Part shown: positions 51,501-62,620 of the stretch, one piece after another
Layout of the letters: every line of letters begins with the position of its first letter
How positions within the stretch are numbered: the stretch's first letter is position 1
NCBI GenBank assembly: GCA_964559225.1
Contig: CAZLGA010000005.1
Span: forward strand, 185 to 64,184
Direction: 5' to 3'
Length of the DNA stretch: 64,000 nucleotides
DNA from: an uncultured bacterium
GTDB taxonomy: Bacteria; Hydrothermota; Tepidihabitantia; SM23-42; JAOAFX01
Notes under the pieces: model-generated
Database searches by the model: none
The model's input: only the letters and a program-made list of their open reading frames with translations
What the model was told of the DNA's origin: nothing
Position numbers and translations under genes: made by a program

Positions 51501-52206
51501 CATTCACTCAAATCTGGAAGCAGTTCAGGCTGTCATTAAAGATATAAAAAAAAGAAGAATAAAAAATATATTTTGTCTTGGTGATGTTGTCGGTTATGGT
51601 GCGAATCCTAACGAATGTGCCGATATATGTTTTAAAGAATCTGATGTGATAATCGCAGGTAATCATGACTGGGCAGCTACGGATAAAACACCTACATCAA
51701 ATTTCAATAAGGTTGCGGCTATCGCAGTAAAATGGACTAAAGAACATATCAAACCAGAATATTACAAGAAATTGCAGGAACTGCCACTTACGAAAAAAAT
51801 TGATAATTTACTTTTGGTTCATTCCACACCGGAAAATCCTGAGGAATGGAATTATCTCTTCAACCTTGAAGAATTTGAAAAACAATTCAATTTTTTCAGT
51901 GAACAGATATGTTTTATTGGACATTCTCATATTCCGAGTGCAGCTTTTCAAGATGATAATGGATACATCGATTTTCTCCACGAGAATCCATTCCCGATTA
52001 TAAAAAAGCGAAGGTATATAATTAATGTGGGAAGTGTAGGTCAACCCCGTGACCTTGACCCCCGTGCGTGTTATGTAATCTACGATGGAAATAAAAATGG
52101 TATTGAATTTGTAAGGTTAGAATATAATATCCCACTTGCCGGGCAAAAAATTTTAGAAGCTGGACTACCTGAGATTCTATCAGAAAGACTGCTTATTGGA
52201 AAATAA
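51478..52206 (+). CDS. metallophosphoesterase (calcineurin-like phosphodiesterase family)
   Basis: Motifs ISDIHSN, GDVVGYG and GNHD. Confidence 0.75.
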   Translation: MKAAIISDIHSNLEAVQAVIKDIKKRRIKNIFCLGDVVGYGANPNECADICFKESDVIIAGNHDWAATDKTPTSNFNKVAAIAVKWTKEHIKPEYYKKLQELPLTKKIDNLLLVHSTPENPEEWNYLFNLEEFEKQFNFFSEQICFIGHSHIPSAAFQDDNGYIDFLHENPFPIIKKRRYIINVGSVGQPRDLDPRACYVIYDGNKNGIEFVRLEYNIPLAGQKILEAGLPEILSERLLIGK

Positions 52207-52271
52207 TTTACCTGTTGCTAAACCTCTTTTAATAGGGGCTGTCTAAATTTTGGAAAAGGAGAATTTATAAA

Positions 52272-52796
52272 ATGGTGAGAAAAGGACCTGTTAGTTTAAT
52301 GAAAGAGGAACTCGACAAAAAAGAATCTGAAGTCAAGCAACTGCGTGATAGTTATATAAGAGCTCTTGCTGATTGGGATAATTATCGTAAACGAATGGAA
52401 AGTGAGTTTGCGGAATTTAAAAAATATGCGAAGGTTGATTTTCTTTCTAAAATACTTCCGGTGCTTGATAATTTTGATCGTGCGCTTGCTGGCGCAGAAT
52501 TGAATCCAAATTTTGAAAGTTTCTTTAAAGGTATTGAAATTATTGAAAGGCAATTAAGAGAAATTTTAAAATCAATGGGTTTAATTGAATACTCTGGATT
52601 GGGCGACCAATTTGACCCGATACTACATGAAGCAGTTGGTGTAGTTGCTACAAACGACCATCCAGAGAACACAATTGTAGAAGAAATTAGCAAGGGTTAT
52701 AAAGTTGGAGACCGGGTGATCAAACCAGCAAAGGTTCTAGTTTCTAAACCTAATGAAAAAGGAGGTCAAGAAAATGTCGAAGATAATCGGAATTGA
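52272..52796 (+). CDS. grpE: nucleotide exchange factor GrpE
   Basis: [13 protein letters not shown] and a C-terminal beta domain. GGAGA RBS. Confidence 0.9.
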   Translation: MVRKGPVSLMKEELDKKESEVKQLRDSYIRALADWDNYRKRMESEFAEFKKYAKVDFLSKILPVLDNFDRALAGAELNPNFESFFKGIEIIERQLREILKSMGLIEYSGLGDQFDPILHEAVGVVATNDHPENTIVEEISKGYKVGDRVIKPAKVLVSKPNEKGGQENVEDNRN

Positions 52797-54690
52797 TTTA
52801 GGAACAACTAATTCTTGTGTTGCAGTTTTAGAAGGTGGACAACCAGTGGTCATCCCTAACCCTGAGGGTGGAAGGACGACACCATCTTTTGTCGCATTTA
52901 CCAAAACTGGTGAAAGGCTTGTAGGACCCCTGGCAAAAAGACAGGCAATCACCAATCCGCAAAATACTGTCTATTCAATAAAGAGATTTATGGGTCGTCG
53001 TTACTCCGAGGTTCCGCAGGAGATTGCACGCGTTCCCTATAAAGTTGTAGAACATACCAATGGCGATGCCTGGGTTGAGGTAATGGGGAAACAATATTCT
53101 CCACCTGAGATCTCTGCAATGATACTGCAATATTTAAAACAGGCGGCGGAGTCATACCTTGGAGAAAAAATCACCAAGGCAGTGATAACAGTTCCTGCGT
53201 ATTTTAATGATTCACAGAGACAGGCAACAAAAGATGCCGGCAGCATTGCGGGTCTTGATGTTCTAAGGATAATCAACGAACCCACCGCATCTTCATTGGC
53301 TTATGGACTCGACAAAAAGAAACAAGAAAAGATCGCAGTATACGATTTTGGAGGCGGAACATTTGATATTTCCATTCTTGAGATAGGTGAAGGTGTTTTT
53401 GAAGTCCTTTCTACAAATGGTGATACCCATCTCGGTGGTGATGATATTGATGAAAGAATTATGCACTACATTGCGGATGAGTTTATGCGCGAACATGGCA
53501 TTGATCTAAGAAAGGATGTAACCGCATTACAGCGTTTAAAAGAGGCAGCAGAAAAGGCAAAATGCGAACTATCAACAGTAATGGAAACAACCATCAGTCT
53601 TCCATTCATCGCCTCAGACAAAGACCGGACACCGCTCCATTTAGAAATGAAACTCACCCGCGCAAAGTTGGAGAGCCTTGTAGAAGATTTGATCCAGCGT
53701 TCAATACCACCAATTAAACAGGCGCTACTTGATGCCAATCTAAATATTCACGATATAAATGAAGTTGTGTTTGTCGGTGGACAGACGAGAATGCCGAGGA
53801 TACAACAGATTGTCAAAGATTTCTTTGGTAAAGAACCCCATAAAGGTATCAATCCCGATGAAGTCGTTGCAATAGGTGCAGCAATTCAAGGTGCGGTCCT
53901 TTCTGGTGAGAAAAAAGATATCTTATTACTTGATGTTACACCACTAACATTGGGTATTGAAACCCTCGGCGGGGTTATGACCTCAATAATTCCGCGCAAT
54001 ACCACCATACCCACGAAAAAATCTCAGATATTTACGACCGCCGAAGACAATCAGACTGCAGTAACTGTTCATGTCTTACAAGGCGAAAGGCCTATGGCAA
54101 GTCAGAACCGAACCCTTGGTAAATTTGATCTTTACGGCATTCCTCCCGCCCCAAGGGGTATCCCACAGATTGAGGTAACCTTTGACATTGATGCAGATGG
54201 TATTCTCCATGTCTCGGCAAAAGACCTTGGAACCGGCAAAGAACAGAAGATTAGAATCACTGCATCGAGTGGACTTTCAAAAGAAGAAATTGACAGAATG
54301 ATGAAAGAAGCTGAAGCACATGCAGCGGAAGACCGTCGTCAGCGTGAGTTGATTGAAGCGAGAAATAAGGCAGATTCAGTGATATATAGTGTTGAGAAAA
54401 CGCTTAAGGAATATGGCGAAAAAATTTCATTTGAAGAACGGAGTGAAATCGGCAAAAAACTTGAAACCTTGAAACAGAAAAAGGATGGCACAGATATTAA
54501 TGCTATTAACCAAGCAATTGATGACTTACAACAAGCGGTTTATAAACTTTCTGAGGCTGTTTATCGTGAAGCAGCAAGTAGAGCTCAACGGTCCGGGCCA
54601 TCTGAACCACCCCCACAGGGATCCAAACCAGAGGAAGGACAACCAGGTAGTACGGATTATCGGGTGGTTGACGACGAGGGAAATAAATAG
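52774..54690 (+). CDS. dnaK: molecular chaperone DnaK (Hsp70)
   Basis: The true start is [14 protein letters not shown] at 52774, after a GGAGG RBS. Overlaps grpE by 23 nt. Confidence 0.97.
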   Translation: MSKIIGIDLGTTNSCVAVLEGGQPVVIPNPEGGRTTPSFVAFTKTGERLVGPLAKRQAITNPQNTVYSIKRFMGRRYSEVPQEIARVPYKVVEHTNGDAWVEVMGKQYSPPEISAMILQYLKQAAESYLGEKITKAVITVPAYFNDSQRQATKDAGSIAGLDVLRIINEPTASSLAYGLDKKKQEKIAVYDFGGGTFDISILEIGEGVFEVLSTNGDTHLGGDDIDERIMHYIADEFMREHGIDLRKDVTALQRLKEAAEKAKCELSTVMETTISLPFIASDKDRTPLHLEMKLTRAKLESLVEDLIQRSIPPIKQALLDANLNIHDINEVVFVGGQTRMPRIQQIVKDFFGKEPHKGINPDEVVAIGAAIQGAVLSGEKKDILLLDVTPLTLGIETLGGVMTSIIPRNTTIPTKKSQIFTTAEDNQTAVTVHVLQGERPMASQNRTLGKFDLYGIPPAPRGIPQIEVTFDIDADGILHVSAKDLGTGKEQKIRITASSGLSKEEIDRMMKEAEAHAAEDRRQRELIEARNKADSVIYSVEKTLKEYGEKISFEERSEIGKKLETLKQKKDGTDINAINQAIDDLQQAVYKLSEAVYREAASRAQRSGPSEPPPQGSKPEEGQPGSTDYRVVDDEGNK

Positions 54691-54748
54691 CGAATATCAG
54701 GATATTGGAGTTCAAAATTATCAGGCAAGATTTGTTTTAAATTAAGTT

Positions 54749-55849
54749 ATGAAAAAGGATTACTACGAAATCCTCGGCGTTGCAAAGAACGCAAGCCCCG
54801 AAGAAATCAAAAAGGCATACCGGGAACTCGCAAAGAAATGGCATCCGGATATGAATCCAAACAATAAAAAGGCAGCCGAGGAAAAATTCAAAGAAATATC
54901 CGAAGCCTATGAAGTGTTGATGGATCCACAAAAAAGACAATTATATGATAACTATGGTCACGACGGAGTATCCCAAACCTTCCGCGGTGGAGGATTTACC
55001 TGGGATGATTTCACGCACTTTGATGACCTCCAAGATATTCTTGGTAATCTCTTCGGTGGTTCAATATTTGAAGACTTCTTTGGCACAACAACCCGAACCC
55101 GCACAGCCCGGCAGAGGGGTGGAGATATAAAGGTCTTATTAAAGGTTTCTCTTGAAGAGATAGCAAACTCAGCAAAAAAACAATTCAAGGTAAATCGTTA
55201 TGAATTTTGTTCTACCTGTTCAGGAAAAGGTGGCTTTGATTTTATTGCCTGTCCACAATGTGGTGGCAGAGGACAGATAAGAACCCAAACAAGAAGTTTT
55301 TTCGGTACCCTAACAAGTGTATCAACCTGTCCCAGATGTCAGGGAAGTGGTGAGATAGTAAAGACACCTTGTGCAAAGTGCGATGGTAATGGAAGGATAA
55401 AAATTTCAAGGACTGTTGAAATAAAAGTTCCGCGTGGGGTGAGCAATGGACAATACATAGTCCTGCGGGGAGAGGGACATTATGGACCTGGTGGCAAGGG
55501 AAATATAATCGTAGAATTTGAAGAAAAACCCCACGAATATTTTGAACGGCACGGAGATGATCTCTTAATTAAAATAGCTGTTCCATATTCTACCCTTATC
55601 ACTGGAGGGACAATTGACATCCCGGGATTAAATGGCACACGAGATGTTGTTAAAATTCCTCGGGGTTGTGGAGCACCTGAAATTATAAAAATAAAAGATA
55701 AAGGGATGCCCCGGATAAATGGCGGTTATGGCAACCTTTACATTGAAATAGGATTGAAACCACTTCAATCTTCAGACCGCCACCTCAACAAAATAATTGA
55801 TGAACTTAAAAAATATGAGGGTGAACCATTAATTAAAAAACGAGTTTAA
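54749..55849 (+). CDS. dnaJ: molecular chaperone DnaJ
   Basis: J domain with HPD, a G/F region and four CxxCxGxG repeats. Confidence 0.95.
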   Translation: MKKDYYEILGVAKNASPEEIKKAYRELAKKWHPDMNPNNKKAAEEKFKEISEAYEVLMDPQKRQLYDNYGHDGVSQTFRGGGFTWDDFTHFDDLQDILGNLFGGSIFEDFFGTTTRTRTARQRGGDIKVLLKVSLEEIANSAKKQFKVNRYEFCSTCSGKGGFDFIACPQCGGRGQIRTQTRSFFGTLTSVSTCPRCQGSGEIVKTPCAKCDGNGRIKISRTVEIKVPRGVSNGQYIVLRGEGHYGPGGKGNIIVEFEEKPHEYFERHGDDLLIKIAVPYSTLITGGTIDIPGLNGTRDVVKIPRGCGAPEIIKIKDKGMPRINGGYGNLYIEIGLKPLQSSDRHLNKIIDELKKYEGEPLIKKRV

Positions 55850-55850
55850 T

Positions 55851-56561
55851 ATGGATAATGCCCCCCACAATCTCTTTTTTATAAAGGACGAACAGATTCA
55901 AAACAACCAAGTTTTATTTACCGGTCCCGAGTTTCATCATATAAAAAATGTTCTCAGAAAAAAACCCGGTGAAATAATTTATTTTACAAATGGAAAAGGG
56001 AAAAGGTATAAAGCGCTTATTGAGCAGATGCTCCACAACGCAATGATGATAAAAATCATTGAAGAAGAAATAATGCCAAGCCATAACAAAATAAGTATCG
56101 ACCTTGGAATTGTTCCATTGAAGAGTGGGAGGACCGATTTTATTATTGAAAAAGGGACCGAACTCGGTGTTAACAAATTCATATTTTTTATATCAAAGTT
56201 TTCAGTAATAAAAAATTTGACTCCGCCAAGAATAGAACATTTCAAAAAAATTGCCCTGTCAGCAATGTTACAATCACAGCAATACTATCTGCCGGAAATA
56301 AGAATTGTTGAAGATATAAAAAAGGAATTCGTAAATTATGACCTCATCATTGTTGGAGACAGAGAAGGCAGAGATAAGATTATGCCCGGTGTACAAAAGA
56401 TTTTTTTAATGATAGGTCCAGAAGGAGGTTTTGCACCCGAAGAAGTAGAAACGTTTTTAAACAATAATGCGAAGTTTATCCAATTCAGTACAAACCGCCT
56501 GCGTAGTGAAACCGCAGCCCTTGCCGGCATAGTTAGTATCACTGCTTATTACTCACTATAA
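55851..56561 (+). CDS. rsmE: 16S rRNA (uracil1498-N3)-methyltransferase RsmE
   Basis: PUA-like N-terminus and a SPOUT C-terminus (MIGPEGGF). Confidence 0.8.
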   Translation: MDNAPHNLFFIKDEQIQNNQVLFTGPEFHHIKNVLRKKPGEIIYFTNGKGKRYKALIEQMLHNAMMIKIIEEEIMPSHNKISIDLGIVPLKSGRTDFIIEKGTELGVNKFIFFISKFSVIKNLTPPRIEHFKKIALSAMLQSQQYYLPEIRIVEDIKKEFVNYDLIIVGDREGRDKIMPGVQKIFLMIGPEGGFAPEEVETFLNNNAKFIQFSTNRLRSETAALAGIVSITAYYSL

Positions 56562-57081
56562 TAAAAATTTTAACAGAAGTAAATTTTTGATTAAACTTAA
56601 ACGTGTTTTTTGATTGAGGGAAAACCACGGATACAATACTTTCCGGTGCCGCATTAAATAAAATCTTTGCCAAAACCATTGGGACAAACTCGAAGATTGT
56701 CATTGATAATCAAATTGAGAAGCGGGTGATAAGAGCGGACAGGGCTGATATACATGAAGTACAATCTATCACAAGTAAATAAGTCCAGAAAAAAGAAGAT
56801 GCCGTTATCTTTGAAAATATGTCCTTAAACATCGAGGTGCAACCGCTCGAAATTGAAGAAATACAAATGCCCAAATACTGGAACCGAATTTAGGAATCTA
56901 CCCCAATCCATTTTAGGATAAACTGGATATCCGATGCAGGATACGGTATGGAAAGAGATGTAGTTTGTACTCCTTTGCCTTCCAGAGCCTATTTTGTGCA
57001 ATTAGAAGACAATAATTTTACAAGGATTGGAAAGTTAGTATTATTGAGATAAAAGGATTAGACTGAAATCGCTCCCACACT

Positions 57082-57744
57082 CTATTTTTTCATTTCTTCA
57101 ATTTTTTTCTCAAGTTCTCTAACTTTTTTCTGGAGTTTCTCCTGCTCCTTCATCACAAACTGCAATGCATCTGCAATCGGGTCTGGAAGTTTGCCGTGTT
57201 CAAGTCGGCGTATCTCTTCTGGACTGAATCCAAGTCCAATCCTTCCTGGAACACCAATAACAGTTGCATTATCAGGAACATCTTTTACAACAACCGAGCC
57301 AGCAGCAATTCTTACATTATTTCCTATTCTTATTGGTCCGAGGACAATTGCGCCAGCACCAATTTCTACATTATTTCCTATCGTAGGATGACGTTTTTTC
57401 TTTTCCAGACTCGTTCCACCAAGTGTAACGCCCTGATAAATTAAAACATCATCTCCAATCTCAGTAGTTTCTCCAATTACAATCCCTGCGCCATGGTCTA
57501 TAAAAAATCTTCTTCCAATCTTTGCTCCCGGATGGATTTCTATTCCGGTAAACAATCTATTTATATGAGATAATAATCTTGCAAGAAATTTTAAATTTTT
57601 ACACCATAAAAAATGGGCAATTCTATGAATCCAAACCGCATGGAGACCAGGATAGCAAATGATAACCTCAAGAACATTTCTTGCTGCAGGGTCGCGCTCA
57701 AATACTGTAACAATATCCTCTCTGAGTCTTTTGAACATAGTCAA
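57082..57744 (-). CDS. cysE: serine O-acetyltransferase
   Basis: SATase N-domain and hexapeptide-repeat left-handed beta-helix. Confidence 0.85.
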   Translation of the reverse strand: MTMFKRLREDIVTVFERDPAARNVLEVIICYPGLHAVWIHRIAHFLWCKNLKFLARLLSHINRLFTGIEIHPGAKIGRRFFIDHGAGIVIGETTEIGDDVLIYQGVTLGGTSLEKKKRHPTIGNNVEIGAGAIVLGPIRIGNNVRIAAGSVVVKDVPDNATVIGVPGRIGLGFSPEEIRRLEHGKLPDPIADALQFVMKEQEKLQKKVRELEKKIEEMKK

Positions 57745-57796
57745 ATATAATCATAAACTATCCGAGGTCAAGATTAAATTAACTTAATCGGCTTTT

Positions 57797-58486
57797 TTAC
57801 ACCTTTTTTAAAATCACCACATCTCCATTTTGAAAAGGTGCCTTTGCAACCATTTCGTATTTAGGTAGTCTTCTGATTATATCATCCAGCGTCCAGTATT
57901 TTACATAAAAATTATGCTTTTTTGTTTTTTCCAAAACTGCACCCACGACAAATAGGCCATCTTTAATCAAAGAATTATCAACATTTATCAAGGCCTTTGT
58001 AAATTTTTTCTCATTCACAATATGTTCTATAACATTCAGCATCAATACAATATCAAACCTTTCCTGTAAGCTGGCGCTGGTTATGTCTCCTCTGATAAAT
58101 TTATAAGAAGGGAATTGATGTCTAAGCTTTGAAAACAAAGCATCTGTTATGTCCAGTCCAGTATAATCAAGCACCCCAATTTCAGATACCAATTTTGTAT
58201 AAAACCCTGTCCCACAACCAATCTCAAGCACTCTTTTATCTTTTAGTACGATTCCATAATTTTTAAATAAATCTAATATCGTTCTACCCGATTTTTCGTA
58301 CATTTTCATATTCTCTTGCTCGGTGAGATTAACATTTCCTGCCGCCCTCAAGGATGTGCCATACCTTTTAAAACGTTCCGACCAAAATTTTTGTGCATCA
58401 TATCCATTCCCTGCTTTGTATCGTAATGGACCAATAATCTTGGTATAAATCAATCCCTTTAAATTTTTTATCTGGAACATCTTCAT
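57797..58486 (-). CDS. class I SAM-dependent methyltransferase
   Basis: Motif I VLEIGCGTGFYT. Confidence 0.7.
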   Translation of the reverse strand: MKMFQIKNLKGLIYTKIIGPLRYKAGNGYDAQKFWSERFKRYGTSLRAAGNVNLTEQENMKMYEKSGRTILDLFKNYGIVLKDKRVLEIGCGTGFYTKLVSEIGVLDYTGLDITDALFSKLRHQFPSYKFIRGDITSASLQERFDIVLMLNVIEHIVNEKKFTKALINVDNSLIKDGLFVVGAVLEKTKKHNFYVKYWTLDDIIRRLPKYEMVAKAPFQNGDVVILKKV

Positions 58487-58565
58487 AACTCTCTAATATT
58501 CCTTTCCAAATGTTAATTGTAAATATAAAAAAATCTAAGTCAAGGGTCCCATAAATGATTACAAA

Positions 58566-59588
58566 TTATCTATCGAGTCTCCTATCCCTACGAAAATCCA
58601 ATCTTATACCTGAGTCCGGTTCAATTACACTACTCTCGCTTGGGAAAAAGTCCATATGCACAACGACATTTTCATAGACCAGTGCCGAACCCTTTCCAGA
58701 ATCAGCATTTATCGTCAATAAATCGCCTAAACCCGGTGTGCCCACGGAAACAAATTTTGCATCATCGATCAAATCAATGAATTGTCTTACCTGTTCTTCT
58801 GTCACGCCACTCTTTTTGCCACCAATCGCATCCATTGCATAGGATTTTATCAACTTCTTCCAGAGCCGATTTAACAGACTGTTACTGGCAAAAAGATCAA
58901 AACAGATAATCTTGTCGCCTGTGGTAACAACAACACCGATTGTTGATTTCGATAATTTAGGGATATTTCCGAATTTTTTAGTATATTCGTCAACCGTTTG
59001 CTGGGCATCTTTATCTTCGTAATTTGCCCGGACCGTCCCTGTTCCTGTAGAAATACCAAGTTTATCCTGTGTCCGCGCAACTTCTGCCCAGACCTCGGTC
59101 TGGCTTTCGCTCAATTTTGCCCTATGCCTCACTGTATTCGGAACAACCAGACCGCTGCTCTTAAACTCCTTTGACACCTCAACCCACCTACCGTGTTCTA
59201 CACAAAAAACCTCTACCTTTATCCATCCACTGTTTGCTGGCAACAAAACATCTGCTTTTATCATTCTGTCCTGCTTTGCACCAGTAATCATTTCACCCGT
59301 TAGAATAAATATCGGTTCATCACCATTATTCTTTATCTCCACCTGATTTACATTTCCTGAGCCAACTTCCCTTATCTTGAGCCATCCTTTATCCATTGCC
59401 TCATCAAGGGTTAGAAAATCCTTGGTACTAATATTCATTACCATCTCCAGCGGGTAAATTTTGAGATTTTTATATTCAACAGGAACGCCAATTTTTAACC
59501 GCTCCATATAATTTTTTACAACCTGTTCTGGTCTCTTTGCAAAAAGCATCATCATTGAAACAATAAGGATTAAAATTCCTTTTTTCAT
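58566..59588 (-). CDS. hypothetical secreted protein (signal peptide, no recognised domain)
   Basis: N-terminal MKKGILILIVSMMMLFA, 340 aa. Confidence 0.4.
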   Translation of the reverse strand: MKKGILILIVSMMMLFAKRPEQVVKNYMERLKIGVPVEYKNLKIYPLEMVMNISTKDFLTLDEAMDKGWLKIREVGSGNVNQVEIKNNGDEPIFILTGEMITGAKQDRMIKADVLLPANSGWIKVEVFCVEHGRWVEVSKEFKSSGLVVPNTVRHRAKLSESQTEVWAEVARTQDKLGISTGTGTVRANYEDKDAQQTVDEYTKKFGNIPKLSKSTIGVVVTTGDKIICFDLFASNSLLNRLWKKLIKSYAMDAIGGKKSGVTEEQVRQFIDLIDDAKFVSVGTPGLGDLLTINADSGKGSALVYENVVVHMDFFPSESSVIEPDSGIRLDFRRDRRLDR

Positions 59589-59769
59589 TTTAGCCTCCTT
59601 CTAATTTTAGATACAATTTTTTAATGAAAATATTCCATATCAAACAATTACTAGCAACTGATCTTAGATACTTTACATTCTTTAATGAAGAATTTTTTTC
59701 TGTAGTTGTGCAAATTAATAGGTATAATACTCAATAAGGAAATTTGCATCCGCAACAGAGGGTTCTACC

Positions 59770-59797
59770 TTGACATCAGCGATTTTGCTCCTATAAT
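59770..59797 (+). promoter_or_regulatory. canonical promoter TTGACA-16-TATAAT with AGGAGG RBS for the GH-A/T9SS gene
   Basis: TTGACA 59770-59775, TATAAT 59792-59797, RBS 59805-59811. Confidence 0.6.
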
Positions 59798-59815
59798 ATA
59801 CTATCAGGAGGTCTT

Positions 59816-62620
59816 ATGAAAATTCGCCTGGCCTTTGTATTTATCATTATAAACCTACTTTATGCCCAATATGTAACCCCGAAGCAGGGCTGGTTCAATT
59901 TTACAACACCCTTTCCTGATACGATCAATAACCTAACACATATTGGCAAATTCATACTCCAACCGCCTGCAGGAATCCATGGACGGGTGATTGTTCAATC
60001 TGATGGACATCTATATTTTGCTAATGGACACAGGGCAAGATTCTTTGGGACTAATTTCTGCTTCTCTGCGACCTATCCATCACAGAGTATGAGCCAGAAT
60101 GTAGCACCACATATTGCAAAACAGGGGTTCAATATGGTTCGTTTCCACCATATTGATGGTGCGCTGACAAATGCTCCGGGTTCAAATACAACAAGAAGAT
60201 TAAATCATGAAGTTCTGAATAAATTTGACTATCTGTTCTATCAACTGAAACAAAGAGGTATATATTCTGCAATCGACCTCTATAGCATAAGATATTTCAA
60301 ATCCGGGGATGGCATACCTTATTATGATAGTGTAAATCGCTCAATGGATGTAGTAAAAAGGGTGTATATGTTTTATGAACCTGCTTATGCCCTATTTCGC
60401 GATTATCCTGATAGCCTGCTCAATCATATCAATCCATATACCGGTATAGATTACAAGAACGACCCTGCATTAGTATTTATAACTCCGATGAACGAAGGGA
60501 CTTTAATTGACCATTATTTCTGGGATAACTGGGATAATACCCAATCCAGTTATTACTTACCAAGATTCTACAAAAATGAACTTAAGAACCAGTGGAATGA
60601 CTGGCTTTATAACAAATACCACTGGGATTCCACACTGATTCGGGTCTGGTCTGGTGGTGACACAACCACCGGTCCGAATAAGATAATTAATGGTGAATTT
60701 TCGGATACCCTGAATGGTGTTCCAAGATACTGGTGGCGCAATCAATTCAGCGGCAATTCAGCCTGGGGTGTACAGAATGCGGGATTGAGCATTGAACCCG
60801 CGGTCTTTGTCCATGTCTATTCACCCGGACAGTATTCCTGGCATATCCAATTATTACAATCAGGTTTTACAATCAATCAAGACTCCACCTATCGCCTTAG
60901 TTTCAAGGCAAAATCAAGCAGGAATCGAAGTATGGACATTGTCATACAAAGAAACAGAACACCCTGGACTGTCTATTATTCTCATTCAGTCAATCTTACA
61001 ACCTCAGGGCAGAGCTTTATATTACCATTTTATGCTGGAACCACGGACACGGTCCAGTTGACATTCAATCTCGGACTTGATACCGGTAGGATATGGATTG
61101 ATGATGTCCAGTTGAGAAGGACTCCATTTTCAAATGTCCTGGACCCTGGGGAGAGCCTTGCAACAAGGACGATAAAACTTGTGCGCTGGAGTAATCGCTA
61201 TGATTATTCTCCATACCGTTATTTTGACCAGATTAGATTCTTTTATGAAAAAGAAACAAAGTTCTATCAAAGGATTTCTGCTCTGTTAAATGATACACTC
61301 CATTGCCAGTCGCTTATTACTTCTTCATATTTCTGGGCAAACCAACTCCATCAGTACGCCTGGGCAAATCTGGTGCCGGTGATGGACGCCCATCCATATT
61401 TTGATCATCCTAATTTTCCCAATCAACCCTGGGATACCCTCGATTTCAGGATAACGAATGCGTATTTTGGAGAAGGAAGTAATGGTGAATGGTTTTTTAC
61501 CTATATGAACCAATGCGCTGCGTCACAGAAGCCGATGATTATAACCGAATGGCAGCATCCTGCACCCTGTGAATCACGATATGTCACAATTTTACCATTT
61601 GCCAGTTATGCCCGCTTAAGAGACTATGATGCAATCATAAACTTTGCCTTTGCCCATTCTGAAGGTGGTTTCTCAAATAACCGGATACGACCATTTTTTG
61701 ATGCCGCAGGACAACCAATACACTTTGCTTTTTTAAGAATGGCGGCACTTGCCTTTTTAAGGGATTTACAACCCGAAGATTTGGAGCGCACACCCTGGAC
61801 GAGCTTTAATCTTGACCAGATAATCCGTGACATTTATAGTGGGAATTACTGGAATCGGGCAATACCGAGTTCACCCCGTGACCGTGTATTCAATCAATTT
61901 AACTGGAATTCACAGAAAGGAATATTCATAATTAATAATTCAGGAACAAAGACATTCTCGGGTAAGACGGCCGGTGATACAGTGATCTTAGGTGGGATAA
62001 AAATAATCGGCAATACCGATGGCATAATTGCATTTACAAAGATAGATAGCACCCCAATACAGAAGACTTTTCTTGTTGCATCCCTTGCCCGTACCGAAAA
62101 TACAAATATGGTTTGGGTTGAACAGACCAAAACCCAGGGAATGTCGAACTGGGGAACTTCACCCTGTCAGATAGAGAGCGTTTCTTATTTTACCCAGTGG
62201 CACGCGGACTCATTACTTGTCAGTAAATTGAATCCATCAGGAAATATAATAAGTTCAATCAAAATAATCGGTTCAAATCATACAACGAACTGGCTTATCA
62301 GAACCGGTATTGATTCTGTCTTCTGGTATTGTGTCATCGCCTATGGTTATTCTGATACGCTCGTAGGAATTCTTGATACGAAAGCAATTGATAATAAAAC
62401 AATATGGACTCCAACTATTCAGAAAGAATTAACATTTAAAGACCTTCCTGAGAATACAGAGATTAAATTGTATGCATTGGATGGACGACTAATATACCAT
62501 CAGAAGTCTGTTCAAACCCCAAACGGTTTGGTTATTAAAAATCTCCCCAGCGCGGTATACTTCTACTTCCTTAAAAACAAAAACTTTGAGCAGAAAGGAA
62601 AGATTATTATTATTGATTAG
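59816..62620 (+). CDS. secreted clan GH-A (GH5-like TIM-barrel) glycoside hydrolase with beta-sandwich domains and T9SS C-terminal sorting domain
   Basis: Signal peptide. The GH-A acid/base region is PMNEG and the nucleophile region is ITEW. The C-terminus KLYALDGRLIYHQ...AVYFYFLK matches the Por tail. Confidence 0.6.
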   Translation: MKIRLAFVFIIINLLYAQYVTPKQGWFNFTTPFPDTINNLTHIGKFILQPPAGIHGRVIVQSDGHLYFANGHRARFFGTNFCFSATYPSQSMSQNVAPHIAKQGFNMVRFHHIDGALTNAPGSNTTRRLNHEVLNKFDYLFYQLKQRGIYSAIDLYSIRYFKSGDGIPYYDSVNRSMDVVKRVYMFYEPAYALFRDYPDSLLNHINPYTGIDYKNDPALVFITPMNEGTLIDHYFWDNWDNTQSSYYLPRFYKNELKNQWNDWLYNKYHWDSTLIRVWSGGDTTTGPNKIINGEFSDTLNGVPRYWWRNQFSGNSAWGVQNAGLSIEPAVFVHVYSPGQYSWHIQLLQSGFTINQDSTYRLSFKAKSSRNRSMDIVIQRNRTPWTVYYSHSVNLTTSGQSFILPFYAGTTDTVQLTFNLGLDTGRIWIDDVQLRRTPFSNVLDPGESLATRTIKLVRWSNRYDYSPYRYFDQIRFFYEKETKFYQRISALLNDTLHCQSLITSSYFWANQLHQYAWANLVPVMDAHPYFDHPNFPNQPWDTLDFRITNAYFGEGSNGEWFFTYMNQCAASQKPMIITEWQHPAPCESRYVTILPFASYARLRDYDAIINFAFAHSEGGFSNNRIRPFFDAAGQPIHFAFLRMAALAFLRDLQPEDLERTPWTSFNLDQIIRDIYSGNYWNRAIPSSPRDRVFNQFNWNSQKGIFIINNSGTKTFSGKTAGDTVILGGIKIIGNTDGIIAFTKIDSTPIQKTFLVASLARTENTNMVWVEQTKTQGMSNWGTSPCQIESVSYFTQWHADSLLVSKLNPSGNIISSIKIIGSNHTTNWLIRTGIDSVFWYCVIAYGYSDTLVGILDTKAIDNKTIWTPTIQKELTFKDLPENTEIKLYALDGRLIYHQKSVQTPNGLVIKNLPSAVYFYFLKNKNFEQKGKIIIID

